A DNA stretch of 64,000 nt from the human T2T-CHM13v2.0 reference genome, Homo sapiens (GCF_009914755.1 NC_060926.1), one strand, 5' to 3'. Positions 44,000-59,330 are shown, counted from the first letter of the stretch. Notes: generated by a model from the sequence alone, not told the origin. Program-made: numbers and translations.

Positions 44000-44918
44000 T
44001 GAATAAATACCCAGAAATGGTATTGCTGGATCACATGGTGATTCTATTTTTAATGTTGAGGAACCTCTGTACTGTTTTCCATAATGGCCATACCAATTTG
44101 CATTCCCATCGACAGTGTACCAGGTTCCCTTTTCTACACATCCTTGCCAATGCTTATCTTCTTGTTTGTTTTTTTATAACAGCCATCTTCATAGGCATGA
44201 GGAGATATCCATTGTGGTTTTTATTTATATTTCCCTGATCACTGATGCATGTCTTTTTTGGAGAAATGGCTGTTGAGGTCCTTTGCCCATTTTTTATTGA
44301 CTTAACTTATTTTGTTTGGTTGGTTTTTTGCTATTGAGTTGTATGAGTTCCTTATACATTTTGGATATTAACCCCTTATCAGATATATAGTTTGCAAATA
44401 TTTTCTGCCACTCTGTAGTTTTTTTTCATTTTGCCAATTGTTTCCTTTGCTGTACAGAAGCTTCCTAGTTTGACACAACTCTGCTTGTTTATTTTGGCTT
44501 TTGTTGCCTGTGTTCATGCTGTTATATCCAAAAATGTATTTCCAAGACCACTGTCACAGAGCTTTTCTCCTGTGTTTTCTTCTAGAGGTTTTATGTTTTC
44601 AGGTGTTACATTTAAGTCTTGAGTCCATTTTGAGTTCATTTTTGTGTATGTTATAAGGATCCAATTTCACTCTTTTGCATGTGGAGATCCAGTTTTCCCA
44701 ACACCATTTATTGAAGAAACTATTCTTTCACCAGTTTGTACTCTTGGTGCTCTTGTTGAAAATCAGTTAACCTTACATGCATAGATTTATTTCTTGGCTC
44801 TTTATTTTGTCCCATTGGTCTGTGTGTCTATATTTATACCAGCACTATACAGTTTTGATTACTTTAGCTTTGTAATGTAATTTGAAATCTGGAAATATGA
44901 GGCCTCAGCTTTGTTCTT
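44000..44918 (-). mobile_element. L1MB ORF2 segment, inverted 5' part of a twin-primed insertion
   Basis: Reverse-strand L1 ORF2 (CCCAGAAATGGTATTGCTGGATCACATGG...TTTGAAATCTGGAAATATGAGGCCTCAGCTTTGTTCTT). Confidence 0.85.
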
Positions 44919-45945
<1,027 letters not shown>

Positions 45946-46441
45946 AGAAGGGGACTTGGACAGGTAAACTGTGCAAGTTTTGTTTTGTTCTTAAGGGCAC
46001 AACAGTCATAAGGTTACAGCTGTTTTACATTTTCTTTCAGGCAAAAATTATTAGAGCAGATTTCACCGTATAAAGCTGTGTGGCCTTGGTTATCATTGTC
46101 CCATGTGTTCAGGTAGATCCAAAATGACTTTCTGAAGAGAATCTTGGCCTTACCCACAGGTACATCCTGGCTTATCTCCAAAAGGAGATAAAAGAGCTTT
46201 CTATTCAGGCAGGAGTTCTTGTAAGGTGACACAATTTTGACAAGAGTATGTTAATCTTACTCCCACCTTGGGTGACTGTTAAAACATGAGGCTCTACACC
46301 TCCCCACTTCCCTGCAACAGAGAATATTTGCACTCCTGCTAGCTGTCAGGGAACATAACCTTGAACTTGGTGCCACTCAAACCGTTCAATTCCCCTTGAT
46401 TGAGAGGAATTGTGTTTAGGGAGTATTTCCCAACAGGGAAT

Positions 46442-46825
46442 TGTATTCGTTAAGGTAATGCTAGCTGTTCTAACAGATAAATACTGAATTCCCAGTTGCT
46501 TAACATAATGGAAGTTAGTTTCTCATGTACATCACAGTCCAATTAAGGTTTTCCGGCTCCGTATCCTTCCCCCAGGCCTCCAGGAGCCCAGGCTTCTTCT
46601 TTCCTGTGACTCCACCCTCCTGTGGGTCCTGATATCCTTTTCCTTCCAGACAGCAGATAGGGAAAAAGGGGTTTTAGAGGGAACACATTTACTTTCCAAA
46701 CACTTCTGCCCACATTCAGTCTCGAGGCCACACCCAGTTGCAATGAAGGCTGGGAAAAGCACTCATGGTAAGTGTTGAGGAGGGAAAGGAGACAGGCTTT
46801 GGTGAACTCACAGTAGTTCTGCACA
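46442..46825 (-). mobile_element. MLT1 (J/K-like) LTR
   Basis: TGTATTCGTTAAGGTAATGCTAGCTG...GCTTAACATAATGGAAGTTAGTTTCTC...GAAGGCTGGGAAAAG. Confidence 0.65.
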
Positions 46826-47924
46826 AAAATGCATTGATCTAAATCATTTAAACTGACCCCAGACTAAGCCAGTTTATCTGAGTGCTGAGTATCTGGGAAG
46901 CATTGCATGCTTCACAATAACTATAGAATAGCTAGAGATAAGCCCTCAGTCTAAACAGGGGCAGGAAAGGAAACTCTGGGTGCATGGAAGGGTAGGGAGG
47001 ATTTTACATCAGTGTCCTGCTGAGGATAGCATCGAGACTGGATGATGTCTCTTTTCAAGAAGTTCAGATAGCCTTCTCTCAGGCCTCTGAATCTAAAACA
47101 GTAGTGTCCCCCACCCCGCTTCTAGCTCCTGCTTGTTTTTGTTTAATTACACTGTGATTCCTGTAACCACTGTGCTTCCCTCTTGCCCTAGGCTGTTGGG
47201 AAGCTTAGACTGCAATCAATACAGCCCATCTCTAGCAATTAAGCAAGACCCTAAGGGATGCACTTTTTGAACCCACTTCATACCTGATTCCATTCATCTT
47301 TCCTATTCTTACTTCCCCTCTGCCTCATGTTTTGGAGTCTTTTATGTCATCTTGCCATCATCCAACTATCTTTGTAAACTACATCTCATCCATTCAAGGA
47401 ATAAAATGGAAAACAACAAAATAAATAAATAAATAACAAAAGACTGATACACAGAATATGGGACAGTTAAGATGCAGGAGCCACTAGAGAAAATTGGAGA
47501 CACTTTCCATTTTCCTTCTCTTCTTGCCACAGTGTTGGCCTTATGGGTGTGGCTTCTTCATTGTGGTGACTCTTAGTGAGCAAGGCTCTTCCTTGGGCTC
47601 CAGGCATCTGCTGCACACACAGGGTTGGGGCAGTCTTCAAGAAGACACTTTCCCAGCTCGCAGAATACCCACAAACTCTAGGACAAGCCTTCTCCAATTT
47701 CTCAAGGGGATGGGAATCTTTGGGTTGCTCCCTGATGTACGGGGGTGGTAGTGTCACTGGTATGTTTCCCACTGTGTTTCTCCCTGTGTCTGTGCATCAT
47801 GGCCACACCTCTGCTACCCAGCAGCTCTTTTAAAAGCCCTACCTTCGAGGTCCTTCTGAGCTCCATGGGCAGTTTAGCCAAGGAGCGGCATAGCCCACTG
47901 GTGAAGAGCAAGACTTAAAGAAGC

Positions 47925-48228
47925 GTTGCTCAGCATGGTGGCTACTAAGCACTTGAAATGACACTAGTCTGAACTGACATGTGCTGTAAGTATGAAATAC
48001 ACACAATTTTGAAGAGTTAATAGGAACGAATATATCACATTAATACTTTTCAATATTGATTACATGTCAAAATGGTAACATTTTAGATTGGTTAAGGAAA
48101 ACAAGTTATTACAGTTAATTTCCCTGTTTATTTTTAAAATGTTTTTAATGTGACTACTACAAAATTGTAAATTATGTACTGGGCTTGTCATCGGTGCCTT
48201 ACATCTTATTTGTATTGTGCAGTGTTGT
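47925..48228. mobile_element. MER33 (hAT-Charlie) inserted in a MIR
   Basis: GTGGCTACTAAGCACTTGAAATG...GTGCTGTAAGTATGAAATACACAC...ATTGATTACATGTCAAAATG. The MIR core resumes at ~48230-48440. Confidence 0.75.
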
Positions 48229-50182
48229 TCTAGAGTCAGACTAACTGGATCTGAATCTTACCTCAGCTATTTGATAGCTGTGTGACTTTGGCCATGTTAT
48301 GCAATCTCTCTGGGTCTTAGTTTCTTCATTTCTGTTTTTTTAAAAATGGGGAGTATAGTGGTTGTAAGGATTAAATAATTAAATTTGTAAAACAATTGCA
48401 ACAATGACTAGTGCACATTAAATGCTAGATAAGTGTCAAATAAAATACAAATTAGGAAGTGTCCTTCTTTCAGTCCCCCTTCCCTGGGGCATTCCAGGGC
48501 CTGAGATGCTCTCTCCTCCCTGTGTGAGTGCTGAGTGCATCCAGGAGAAAGTGCCTCTGTGGGCTGAGAAGACAGGAAACAGAACTGTGAAAATAAGAGT
48601 ACACCCATCCCTGGATTGATTACCTGTAGATGCAGAAGTGATCACCCACGGCAATTCCAATCAGAAGCAGGAAATTAATTAACAAGGAGAAGAGGCAGGT
48701 CAGGAATGGATAACCAAGTGCCAATATGGTGGAAATTGTGAGTGTGGAAAGTTACCAGAGTTGACCAAGGAAGAAGTCACCTGTGGAAACTTGCCCCTGA
48801 ATGCTATGGCCCCACACCCCTCACCCTGCCCTTGGCTGAGCTGACCATGGGCCTCATCTGAGTTCCTTCTAGTTCTGTCTCTAGGGCCTGAATTACCAGC
48901 CATTCGTCTAGATAAACTTTCCCTCAACTGCCCAAGTTTTACTCACCTGTACACTTATCATGTGGTCGGTGGGAAATAATTACTTTCTCACTGGAGGACA
49001 CTTACTTATCTGAGGTCACATTTTTTTCAGTGTTTTACAAACAGGTGAAAGTGTTGCTGCCCCATCACGCCATGGCCCATTTTCCATCATTATCACTTTT
49101 TGGCTTTAAGATGGGTGCTTTATTCTGATCAGACATCCAAAGTGAAAGATAAATAATCACCAGGAGTCACTGCTTCAGACATGATCACCTAACACCTGGG
49201 TAGGAATTAAAAAGACTAGAATTAGAGGGGAAGGGACCAGATACCAACAGGCACCAAAGATCATTTTGCATTCATCTTCCTTCTTAGGAGAAGGCCTTCA
49301 CAGGTTTCCCCCACCGTCTTCAGTTCCACCTTGACCCTCTTCATCAGACATTCAGTGAACACGATGTGCTAGAGATGGACACACTCCAATCCATTTGAAG
49401 CAGGCTCTCTTCCCACTCTTACAGAACAAAGGCAGACAAGAGCTCACAGCCTGAGAAATTGGGATCTAAACTCTTATATCAAGATCCCCAGGCACCCACG
49501 TGTGATACCTTTTCCATCTTCCTGCCCAAGTTATCGTTTGGCAATGACAATCCTCAGGCAGAGTACAAAGGCATTCGTGTGTCTGGCCTTGTACTCCTTT
49601 TGCTCTCAGATGGGAATAATAATTCATGCTATGTCATAGTTTTATCACAAAGTGCTAATAAAACAACACGCATGAAAGTGCTTTGACATAGTGCTTTGAC
49701 ATCAATGAGGTTCAAAGGACAAAGAATAAACCCGCATGTGTCCCTTATGTTTTGAGACTCTGTGTAATTAGCATTTAAGAAAACCCTGCCTGACCTGCTT
49801 TTCCATTTCTCCCAGTGAGGCACTGCAATATTCTCTTCATCGTTGGTAATTTTAAATTGTCAACTGGGCCACAGTTCTCAAGGTCACCTTGGTGGCCTTC
49901 TTCTGGCACCTCTCATATGGAATTTTCTCAGCCCCCTCCTCTTGCAGTAACCCAGACACTCTCATCTTACCTCCCACATACACTTTGCTTCTTAGTGGTA
50001 GCACCTGAATCTGATTTACTCTAACATCTGCCTTCCCTCCTGACCAACAGTGCCTAGTACAGTGCTGTGAATAGAAAACACCAACAAATATTTCCCAGAG
50101 AAAAGAGCAATACAGTCCCCAAAGAAAAAATAAGCTCTTCTGCATCTTTGGCTATGGTTTAAAAAGTACAAGGTCAGCTCTT

Positions 50183-50212
50183 ACACACATGCACACACAC
50201 ACACAGACACAC
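50183..50212. repeat. (CA)n microsatellite, imperfect
   Basis: ACACACATGCACACACACACACAGACACAC. Confidence 0.8.
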
Positions 50213-51424
50213 TTCATTAGGAAAAACAGGGGCTGTGGGCTCCAGTTTACCTGGAATTGTATCTAATCTCTCACCACAAAGCTTCTGATGGGCACTTGGT
50301 CATTAAGGTGTGGCCTGATGTCTTGGAAAAGCCTGAGCTTCGTGTTAAAAGGGAGAAAGTGAGGATTCCATGCCTCTGCCTGCACTCAGCTCTAAGTCTT
50401 TGTTAGAGAACAAAGACTTTAGGGAACTGTCTGCCTGTATTGTGTGGGTTCTGTTTTCAAGGACAAAAAAATATTAAGGGGAAAAAGTCATTTTGAGAAT
50501 TTTCTTTAGTAAAATTAAATCTTACCTAGAGCAACTTTTCTTTCTCAAGCAGAGAAGTTCAATCACCCACCCCCAGCCCTCTGAATAGCAACTAAGAAAG
50601 ATAAAACCATTTTTCTGCTCTGAGATTATTAGCGATCAAGGGCACTAACGAGGGGGCATATGAGCAGCTGGCTTACAGATGTGTATTTAAGATGCTTGAA
50701 TCTGCTGCTTAGGAGAAACTGGGAGGGGCTGTCTGGGAAGGAAATGGGCAGTGGGTGAAAATGTTCTGAGTACACATGACGACACCAACACCTCGCTCAT
50801 GGAGAACACGTGAAAGAGCAAGAACGCACAGTGTCTGACCAGGTGTACCTGACAATCCATATACTTGCAACATCAATCATGGTGTAGCATCCTGGTGAGC
50901 TTGAAAGAGGCCCTACCCTGTCCCTACAGCCCAAAGGGGCTCAAGTTCAGGTCTGGTGGTTTTTCTGTTCCAGTAGCCCACCTTCCACCACCTCCTTTAC
51001 CTTCCAATATGCCCCGCCCCACACGCCTGCACCCTGCCTGTCCCCTAAGGTTCCTCCCTCTCACCATGTGACTTGGCCAATTTATGTCGTAAGCAGCCAC
51101 ACTTTCCCTTCTGGGAGGCATGGGGCATTCAGCGCTCCTGTATCATTCCTTGGCCCCACGCACAAGCTCTCAGCCTTCTTTCCACACAGCACAGCCCAAC
51201 AACCTAGTACTTTTTGTCTTGCACCTGCTATACTGGGGGTTCTCACTCCATTCCTATCCTCTTCATCCTCTTTCAATCCCTTAACAACACAGGCCTCAAT
51301 GACTTCAAGAAACCAACAAAGAGTGGCAAAGACTCCCCAAGTAAATTATAGAAGAATTCAGTAGAAGACACAAAGGTTCAGTTACATTCATAAGGAACCC
51401 ATTTATTCATCAGCAAAAACTCAC

Positions 51425-51885
51425 CAAAAGATCCATGAAAAGAATTCAGAGGTCCAAGGAACCTTGATGAGAAAAAAAGGCTCTCTTTATTTTCACAACC
51501 TTCTCACTGAACTCTAGCATTTCCTTCAATTATGAATGCAGGCAATAAACCACAGTTTCAGCAATATCTATGATTTGCCAAAGTAGAAATCAGATTTTTT
51601 AATATATTATGATTGTTAAGGATTTTTTCAAGCATTTGACAGTTATTAGACCTCCAAATAGATCTTGCTTTGTAATGACTTAATAAAGAAGCACACATAT
51701 GACTGTACCACATACTTGTTTTATTTATATTTTTGATAACTGTATTTCAATATAATTAACTTCCTTTGCAATTCTATGTATTTTATTATGTGCATTTAAA
51801 AATGTGATTCTGAGAATGAATCCACAGGCCTCACCAGATGCCAAAGGAGTCTGTGGAAAAAAGGAAAGCATTGGTTGAGAACTCA
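51425..51885 (+). mobile_element. Charlie4a-like hAT DNA transposon (second copy)
   Basis: AGAATTCAGAGGTCCAAGGAAC...TAGCATTTCCTTCAATTATGAATGCAGGCAATAAACCACAG...TTTTGATAACTGTATTTCAATATAATT...CACCAGATGCCAAAGGAGTC. Confidence 0.75.
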
Positions 51886-52063
51886 TCCTTCCCCAACTCT
51901 CTATAACTCCCGTGCATGCCCCCACCCCGAAGATTCCTGTGACAGGGTCTTAAGCTGCACTGTAGGTCTCTGAGCACTTGGACTTGAGTTCTCCTAATGC
52001 CTCTAGAAGTGATAAATATCCATGCTCATGTCAAAAGCAGGAAACTCAAAAAGTTTATATGCA

Positions 52064-52498
<435 letters not shown>

Positions 52499-53649
52499 TC
52501 ACCTGTGTCATGCCCACAGGTGGGGAGTCAGAGGGGTCCATAGGAAAAGCCACCTCTTCAAAGTCCCAACCCACCTGAAAATACACCTCCAGCCATGAGG
52601 TACCTGCTGATTCCAGACCAATGAGGGCAACGTTCTCTTCCCTTTCAGGAAAAGAAGAAGAAATTCTTTTGTGAACATAATTCTAAACTGGGTGAGAGAT
52701 ATTGTTAGCTACTCAATTCCCTACCCCTCACACTAATTAAACAAGTACTTTGGGTTAATTAATTTGTAGGAAAGGACTATATTGCGGAGTGTACATTTTT
52801 TTTCTGGGTTTAAACTGCTCTACTTCTCAAGTTAAAATTACTTTGCTTCAATTTTTCTTTCTTTCTCTCACCTTTAACTTGAAGTCTGTTTGCATGTTTT
52901 CTTTTTGCAGTTTGGAAAAAAAATTAGGGGGAATAGAAAGAAGGTTATTTGGTCCTTTGAAGAGAGAAATCCTGCTCATGGATTTTCTGCATTTAATTCA
53001 TTGGAGAGAAAAGAGTGATTGAGTGAACAGAGTGGGAAAGGGAGGGACGAAGAAAGGCAAAGGGGGCTTTAATCTTCTCCCAGTGGAGGCAGGGCAGCTG
53101 CCTTCAAAATCCAGGGCACCTGGGACCCATGAGCCTTTGGAGACCCTTCCACAGCCAGGCCATGCTTGTCTGACCAGAGAACACTGGGCCACAGCTTCCT
53201 AAAACGGCCCAGAAGAGGTGAGCATTGGGCTCAGCCAGAAATGCTCCTGCCCTCCCAGTGCTCACTGCCTCAGGCACTTTGATCAGAGGAAGAAAAGCTG
53301 AGAACTAAGAAATCATTCAGAGCTCAAGCTGAGAGGGGGAGAGCTGATAAACCCAGGAAATACTCTTTGTAACATGAGCTTGTATTTCTTCCTTCATCTT
53401 TAGGCATAAAGAGAGGAGGCAAAATACATGGTCATCAATACTGGGTGATAAATGCTCAGAACTTCTGGGTCAGCTCAAGGGCTCACTCCAGCCTGCAAAA
53501 GGGAAAACACCTAACATAGGGCATGCATCGAGCTGAATACACACAGACTCCCACCGCTATTTCCCACTGCAGAGCCCTCTGGAAATGTACTCCTGACTTT
53601 GGGCAGGACCAAGATGTCAAAGGGCTGGGAGTCCCACAGGTCAGTAATT

Positions 53650-54480
53650 GGGATTCATTTCAGTTCCGTTTATAAAAATCAGAAACTTTAGTACTTAATA
53701 AGTGATAAGCGTTGTGCTATAGAAATCTAGGACCAAAAGATCTATAGCAGACGGGGTGCCCACACACCTGTAAACTGCCTGAACTGGGCCTGGTTAATAT
53801 CCTTTACAACTCTCCAATTATAACAAATTGATAAATATATTATAACTAATTGATAAATGGTATAAAGACTGTACTCACCAGGTCAAGGATGGCAAAGATA
53901 AGTGAGTGATTAACTGGGACCAGTGATGTCCAGGATGACTTCAGGGTAGAGGTGATAAGCTCAGTTTTGATGTATGAAAAGGAGTTCCTTGGTAAAACAC
54001 AGGGGGAAATGATCCTCTATACAGGAGAAAGAACCAATGCTAACACACGGAGGTGTGAAACATCTTGGTGTGTTCAGTAGTTAGGGTTGACTCAAGTATG
54101 ATGTCTGGGGAGGTGGGAAGATGAGAGATGAGTCTGGGGTCAGGTCAATAAAGGCCTGTGCCACACCAAGCCTTGTTTTCTGGGGATTTTATCCTGGTGG
54201 AGTGGTTTTAAACAGAAAGTCACATGATCAGAAGTGTATGAATGTGAGTGTGCTATGCACACGCATGCTGGCAACAGAATCAGAATGGTATGCAATATAA
54301 TGATTTTCTTTTTGGACATGCTGATTTTAAAGCACCTCCTAGGGACATGGAGGGAGCAGTGGGATATATGGTCCCACGGCTCAGGAAGGGAATCTGTGCT
54401 AGGGATGCAGATTTGGGAGCTGCCGGACTGATGGTGGTGGTGGAAGTCACAACAAGGAAGAAACAGCCATGAAACCGCAC
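53650..54480 (-). mobile_element. L2 fragment
   Basis: Reverse L2 hallmarks (TTTTGGACATGCTGATTTTAAAGCACCTCCTAGGGACATGGAGGGAGCAGTGGGATATATGGTC...GATGCAGATTTGGGAG). Confidence 0.65.
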
Positions 54481-54816
54481 CTCTGGACTCTGACTCAGCT
54501 GGGTAGCTCACTGCTCTGGAAATTCCTAGAACATCGGGCTTTAAAGAGTCCGTAGAGATTAGCCCTTAACCCTCATTTTGCAGATGCAGGAGCTGAAGAC
54601 TAGGGGCAGCTCTGGCCCTAGCTTTCTGGTCCCTGACTCCCACCCTGGTCTGAGACCTGACCTGCTGCCCCACTCTATCTAAAATAGGACAAGGGAAGGA
54701 AGAGAAAGGGGAGATAAGAAGGACGAGGTGGCAAAGGTTTGATTTAGAGGGAGTCAGTCACAGCCAAAAAGATGAGGTGAAGACAAAGGATATTAACCAG
54801 GCCCAGTTCAGGCAGT
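53774..54816. repeat. Perfect 32-bp inverted repeat pair (53774-53805 / 54785-54816)
   Basis: ACTGCCTGAACTGGGCCTGGTTAATATCCTTT and its exact reverse complement AAAGGATATTAACCAGGCCCAGTTCAGGCAGT. Confidence 0.95.
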
Positions 54817-56619
54817 AGGAGGAAGAGAAGGAAGCTGTAGTCCCCCACTAAATGGAGGAAAGCCTCAACCCCTTTCCTGCACTTAAGAAATCTCACTCAG
54901 CTCTGATAAGGGAGCTGCCATCTCTTCCAAGAAGCCTTTCCAACAAGCAGAGACAGAGCCACCTTTCCCTTCCCTAACCTGCATTGGTATTTCTTGCATG
55001 GCGGTTTCCATATTTGGTCATGAATTGAAATTATTCATGAGCACGTCTCACGTTGCTCTTGACTGTGGATTGATGGATATCATTGTCTGAGCCCCTAGAA
55101 CTGAGCGTGGGCAGCCCTGCTACAGAGCGGGGGCTCAGTAGATGAAGCTGGAGGAGTCGAGGCTCACTGGGAAGACACGAGAGGGCAAGGCCGGCAGAAC
55201 CAGATCCACGGATGAAAAATGTGAGTAGACAGACAAGGAAAACCAGAGCAGAGTTTGAGAAAAACATGGGGTTGCCATCTCCCTGGAGGCCTATCCCAGC
55301 TCCCCCTGTTTGAGTCACAGGCTGAAGAAAGCCCAGGTGATTTGACACCCGTCATACCAGCTCTGGCAGAGGCAGGACGGGATGATCTAATAGATATTTT
55401 CCAGCCTTCATGTCTATTATCCCCAAACAAAATGACATGTGCTTCTGAGTAGCTCCTCTCTGGTTATGTGCACTATAATTAAGCACATAGTACACACCCA
55501 CCTAAGTCTGCACAGAGAGGGTGGGAAAGCCAACCCTGGCACAGCAAAACTGCCTCACTGAATCAATGCGAAGTTTCTACATTAGACTGCTGGCTGTCAA
55601 ACTCATCTGTCCCACGATGGCCTCTGAGAACTCTCAGTTAAGCTCCATTCAAGACCCCAGGGAGTTGGGGAGGGGCACTGGGCTAGGAGGAGTGGTACCA
55701 GGACTCCAGCCTCTGTTCTGTCACTAAATGGGGCCCCTTTTCTCATCTTGGAATCTCCATTTGTTCATCTGGTCTACCCACCTGGCTACTCTCCCTACTC
55801 ATGAGCCCTGGTTGTTCATGGTTGCTGCCCCTGCATGGCTCTGAGATTGGACCCTTAGGCCTCCAGCAGTCCCCAGAGACCCATGACAGCCCCACCCAGG
55901 TGTCCAGAGGTTGCTTTGTGGATCCCAGCAGAGGCATTCAGTAGGGCCTGGAATCACAGCATGATTCCTCTCCCAGACCCAGTCCTAGCCCAGGCTGGAA
56001 TCTATGTCTTTTATCAGGGGCACTAGGTACTGTATTGATTCAGTCTTGTCCACCCAGAAAACCCAAGGGCCTCTGCCAGGCTGCAACAAGCTGAAGAACA
56101 CTTATTGCAGACCCTCAAAGAGGTCCCTGGTGACCAACCTCCCAAAACAGTCTCTGCTGATTTCAGGCACCCAGACGTGCCCTGGGGCTTCTTCACCAGT
56201 GTAACTGGACTCGGGACACCTAATGCCTTCAAAGCTCCTTCCCTGCTAGGTCTTTCAGGAACAGATCATGTGCATCTCCTTTAGCCCTAGGCTGACCCCA
56301 ACATCTCATGCCAACTGTTCCCCAGAGTCTGTGTGATTTTGACTGGCCAAGTGCAGGCCAGACTTAGGGAAGGAAGATTGTGGAAGGAGAGATTGAGTGG
56401 CATCCAGCAGTGGTAGGAAGAGATTTGACATCTGCAGAGTGTCCCTAAGCAATCAGGCCTCCTGTCCCCATCCTGGAAAGTTGTCATATGTGCAAGAGTG
56501 AAACAGGAGACCATGGCCCTGCCAAAACCCAGAGAAACACCTTCAGACTGGGGAGCAAAGCTCAATATGGCTGCATAGTGTACCCTAAAACTATAATAAT
56601 AATAAAACTAAAAAAAAAA

Positions 56620-57840
56620 AGCTCAATGTTAAGTCCTGTGATTCTTCCTCCCTCTCTGACATCCATCCCCTCTCTCCACCCCTTAGTCACAGCCCTCCAG
56701 GCATGAGGATTTCAGGCTCCTTCTTACTCCAGCACAACCCTACTGCAGCAGCCAGAATGACCTTTAAAAAGTGGCCTCTTCACAATGTCAACTAGCTATA
56801 AATCACAGGAGCTCCCCATCTTCCCTGGGAGATAAGATCCATGAGCCTCTTCTCCACATCCCCATGGCCACTCCAACACAGCACTTCTACTGTCATCCCT
56901 TACTCCTCCCCTCCTGTATTCTGCTCCCAGGCCAGCCCACGAGTTCTACTTGTATCCTTCTTTTGCCATCCCTAAATACCCCATGATGCCACTTCCTCCA
57001 TGCCCAGCCACACCTTGCCTCCCCCTAGGAAGCCCACCCTGACCTTGCCAGCTCATTCCTCTGCCCAGGACTCTCCCTGGGCCTCTGGGGGACAGTACCT
57101 CTTGGCCATCTCTTACATGGTCTTATGAATTACAGCATCCAGCTCTGTCCTCCAACTCTACCTCCTACCCCTTCTCCAGGCTGGAGAGATTGTTCAGCAC
57201 CCCTCATGTTGCCAGAGTGGGATCACTCATTCTTCCACTGCCCTTACTATCTTGTGAGCATCCCTGCTGGTCTCTGACCAGAGACCTGCCACAGCGGGAA
57301 CCCTACACAGTCCAGTCTGTTTTTCTCCATTGTCTTTTCTGCCTTCTGACATAGTATTTATTTATTTATTGTGTGTTTAATTTATGTCTCTCTCTTCTTC
57401 TCAAAAACATAGCTGCATGAGGAGAAGAATGTTTGTCTGTTTTTGTTCACAGCTGTATCCCATATCTGGCCCAGTACTTGACCCATGGCAGGCACTCTAT
57501 AAATATCTTTAAACAGGGCCAGGCATGGTGTCTCCTGCCTATAATACCAGCACTTTGGGAGGCAAGGTCACAGATCACTTGACGCCAAGAGTTCAAGATC
57601 AGCCTGGGAACATAGCAACAGTGTGTCTTAACAAAAGATACAAAAATTAATCAGGTGGTGGCACGCACCTACGGTGCCAGCTACTTAGGGGGCAAAGGCA
57701 GGAAGATCCCTTGAGCCCAGGAGTTTAAGGCTATAATGAGCTATGATTGTGCCACCACACTATCCTGGGTGACAGAGTGACACTTTGTCTCTAAAAAATA
57801 AAAAGTCTTTGAACAAATGAATGAATGACTGGATGAATGT
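56620..57840 (+). mobile_element. L2 fragments (3' end interrupted by AluJ)
   Basis: CAGCAGCCAGAATGACCTTTAAAA..., TTTTGTTCACAGCTGTATCC..., GGCACTCTATAAATATC...AATGAATGAATGA. Confidence 0.55.
57517..57800 (+). mobile_element. AluJ
   Basis: Diverged dimer (GGAAGATCCCTTGAGCCCAGGAGTTTAAGGCTATAATGAGCTATGATTGTGCCAC). Degenerate TSD AAATATCTTTAAACA / AAAAGTCTTTGAACA. Confidence 0.88.
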
Positions 57841-59079
57841 AAGTTATCATAAGCAGCAGCCATGCAACATCCCAGTGTAGGTAGATTCTTTCCACGTGAG
57901 ACCCTGGGAGAAGCTGAGCTGAAAGATTCTTGGCCTAGGTGTCAGGTTCCCTGAGATCTGGGTGAGCAACTTTTTCTGTCTGTGCCCTCAGTTTACCTAC
58001 CTAAAAAAATCAGGAGCTGACAGGTGCACCACTGCTGAGTCTGTCAAGAGCAACTCCTCATCAGCAGCCCACTCCTGCCCACTCGCTGAGATCCCAAGGC
58101 CTCCCCTGTAAACTACCCACAGGCCTTCGCCTAAGTCTCTAATTAGTAGCTAGTCTTATAATCATTCTCTCTGGTCAATACCACATTCATTATGGGCTTT
58201 CAGTCATTTTATTTCCCAGACCAAGGCATACACCGAACAGGATACTCAAAGAGAGGAGGCAGCCAGCTGATGAGGCCCAGTGCTTGGGCTGCAAGGCCGC
58301 CTGGCTGCCAGAGGGCTGAGGGGCCTTGGGGTCACACCCCCCACCCCTCCTTCCACAGCGACAGTGGATGTCTTGCTCTGGAATGCAGTGGGTGTTCCCT
58401 GGTGGTGGTGGTGGTTTCCTGCCCCAGCCCCTCGCACCTTCCACACACACCTCTATACTCATTGGTTTTCCTTCTTGCCTAGACCAGAGTTGCTCTTCCC
58501 TTCTTTCTGTGCCCTGTAGGAAGAATTCAAACAAGGCCCAGACTCCAGGGGTGGGCTACCCCTTGCAAAGTTTCAAGGGAAGTGTCAAGAAGGGCACTAC
58601 TAATGTGTCTGTCCGTCCATGTCTTCCCATGGGACAGAGAGAGCCCACCTATGTGATTCGATTTTTTTTTTTTACATCTAGACTTGAGGTTTATATTGTT
58701 ATTTCTACTGTGGGGATCCAGTTAACCCACCAGATCAAATTGAAGCTTTTTCCCAGAGAGCACTGCTTTGGGGGTAGCCCTACCCGAAGTCTCCATGAGT
58801 GGGTGGAATGGGAGCTGAGGCCTTAAAGGGTGGGAGGCAGGATTTGAGTGCACAAGAGGAGAGAGGTTGGAGGGAATTTCAGCAGGGTAGGGTGAGAGGT
58901 TTGAACACGGACATGTAGCAGGCTTTGGGAGGCTCTTTTTGAGTTGGAAGTTTCTTGACACAGACTACAGCTGCCTCCATGAAGCCCATACTGCTGTCTA
59001 AAGGGCTACCTACGGGGCCTGGCCCACACATCAGGCATGATGTCAAGGCCAAGAGACAGCTTAGGGAGAAAGTTAGTAT

Positions 59080-59330
59080 GTGCAGAGGTTAGGAACACAG
59101 GCTGTAAGCCAGACCACTTAGGTTCAAACCTGGGTGTACCACCACCTACTGGCTAGATAACTAGTCAAGTTTCTTAACCTCTCTCCCCATCTGAGAATGA
59201 AAATAATTGAGCACCACCTCACAGGCTTGCTGGGGCAATTAGATAACAAAGTATGAGCAAACCCTTAGGCCCACACCTGGGACAGAAGAAGCGTTCAACA
59301 AATGCTAGCTATTAGTATTATTATAATTAC
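59080..59330 (+). mobile_element. MIR
   Basis: GGTTCAAACCTGGG...CAAGTTTCTTAACCTCTCT...GTTCAACAAATGCTAGCTATTAGTATTATT. Confidence 0.75.

Noticed and set aside
47467-47911. Possible processed pseudogene
   Set aside because: No recognisable protein in any frame, and no polyA or TSD. More likely a decayed LTR or unique DNA.
52649-52691. Plus-strand micro-exon candidates (also 14907-14955)
   Set aside because: AG/GT pairs of this quality occur often by chance. There is no coding or transcript evidence, so no host gene is called.
53774-54816. Novel MITE/DNA transposon bounded by 32-bp TIRs, or a 1-kb inversion
   Set aside because: No TSD, and the L2 runs through the left arm in unchanged orientation. 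Better explained as a templated insertion.
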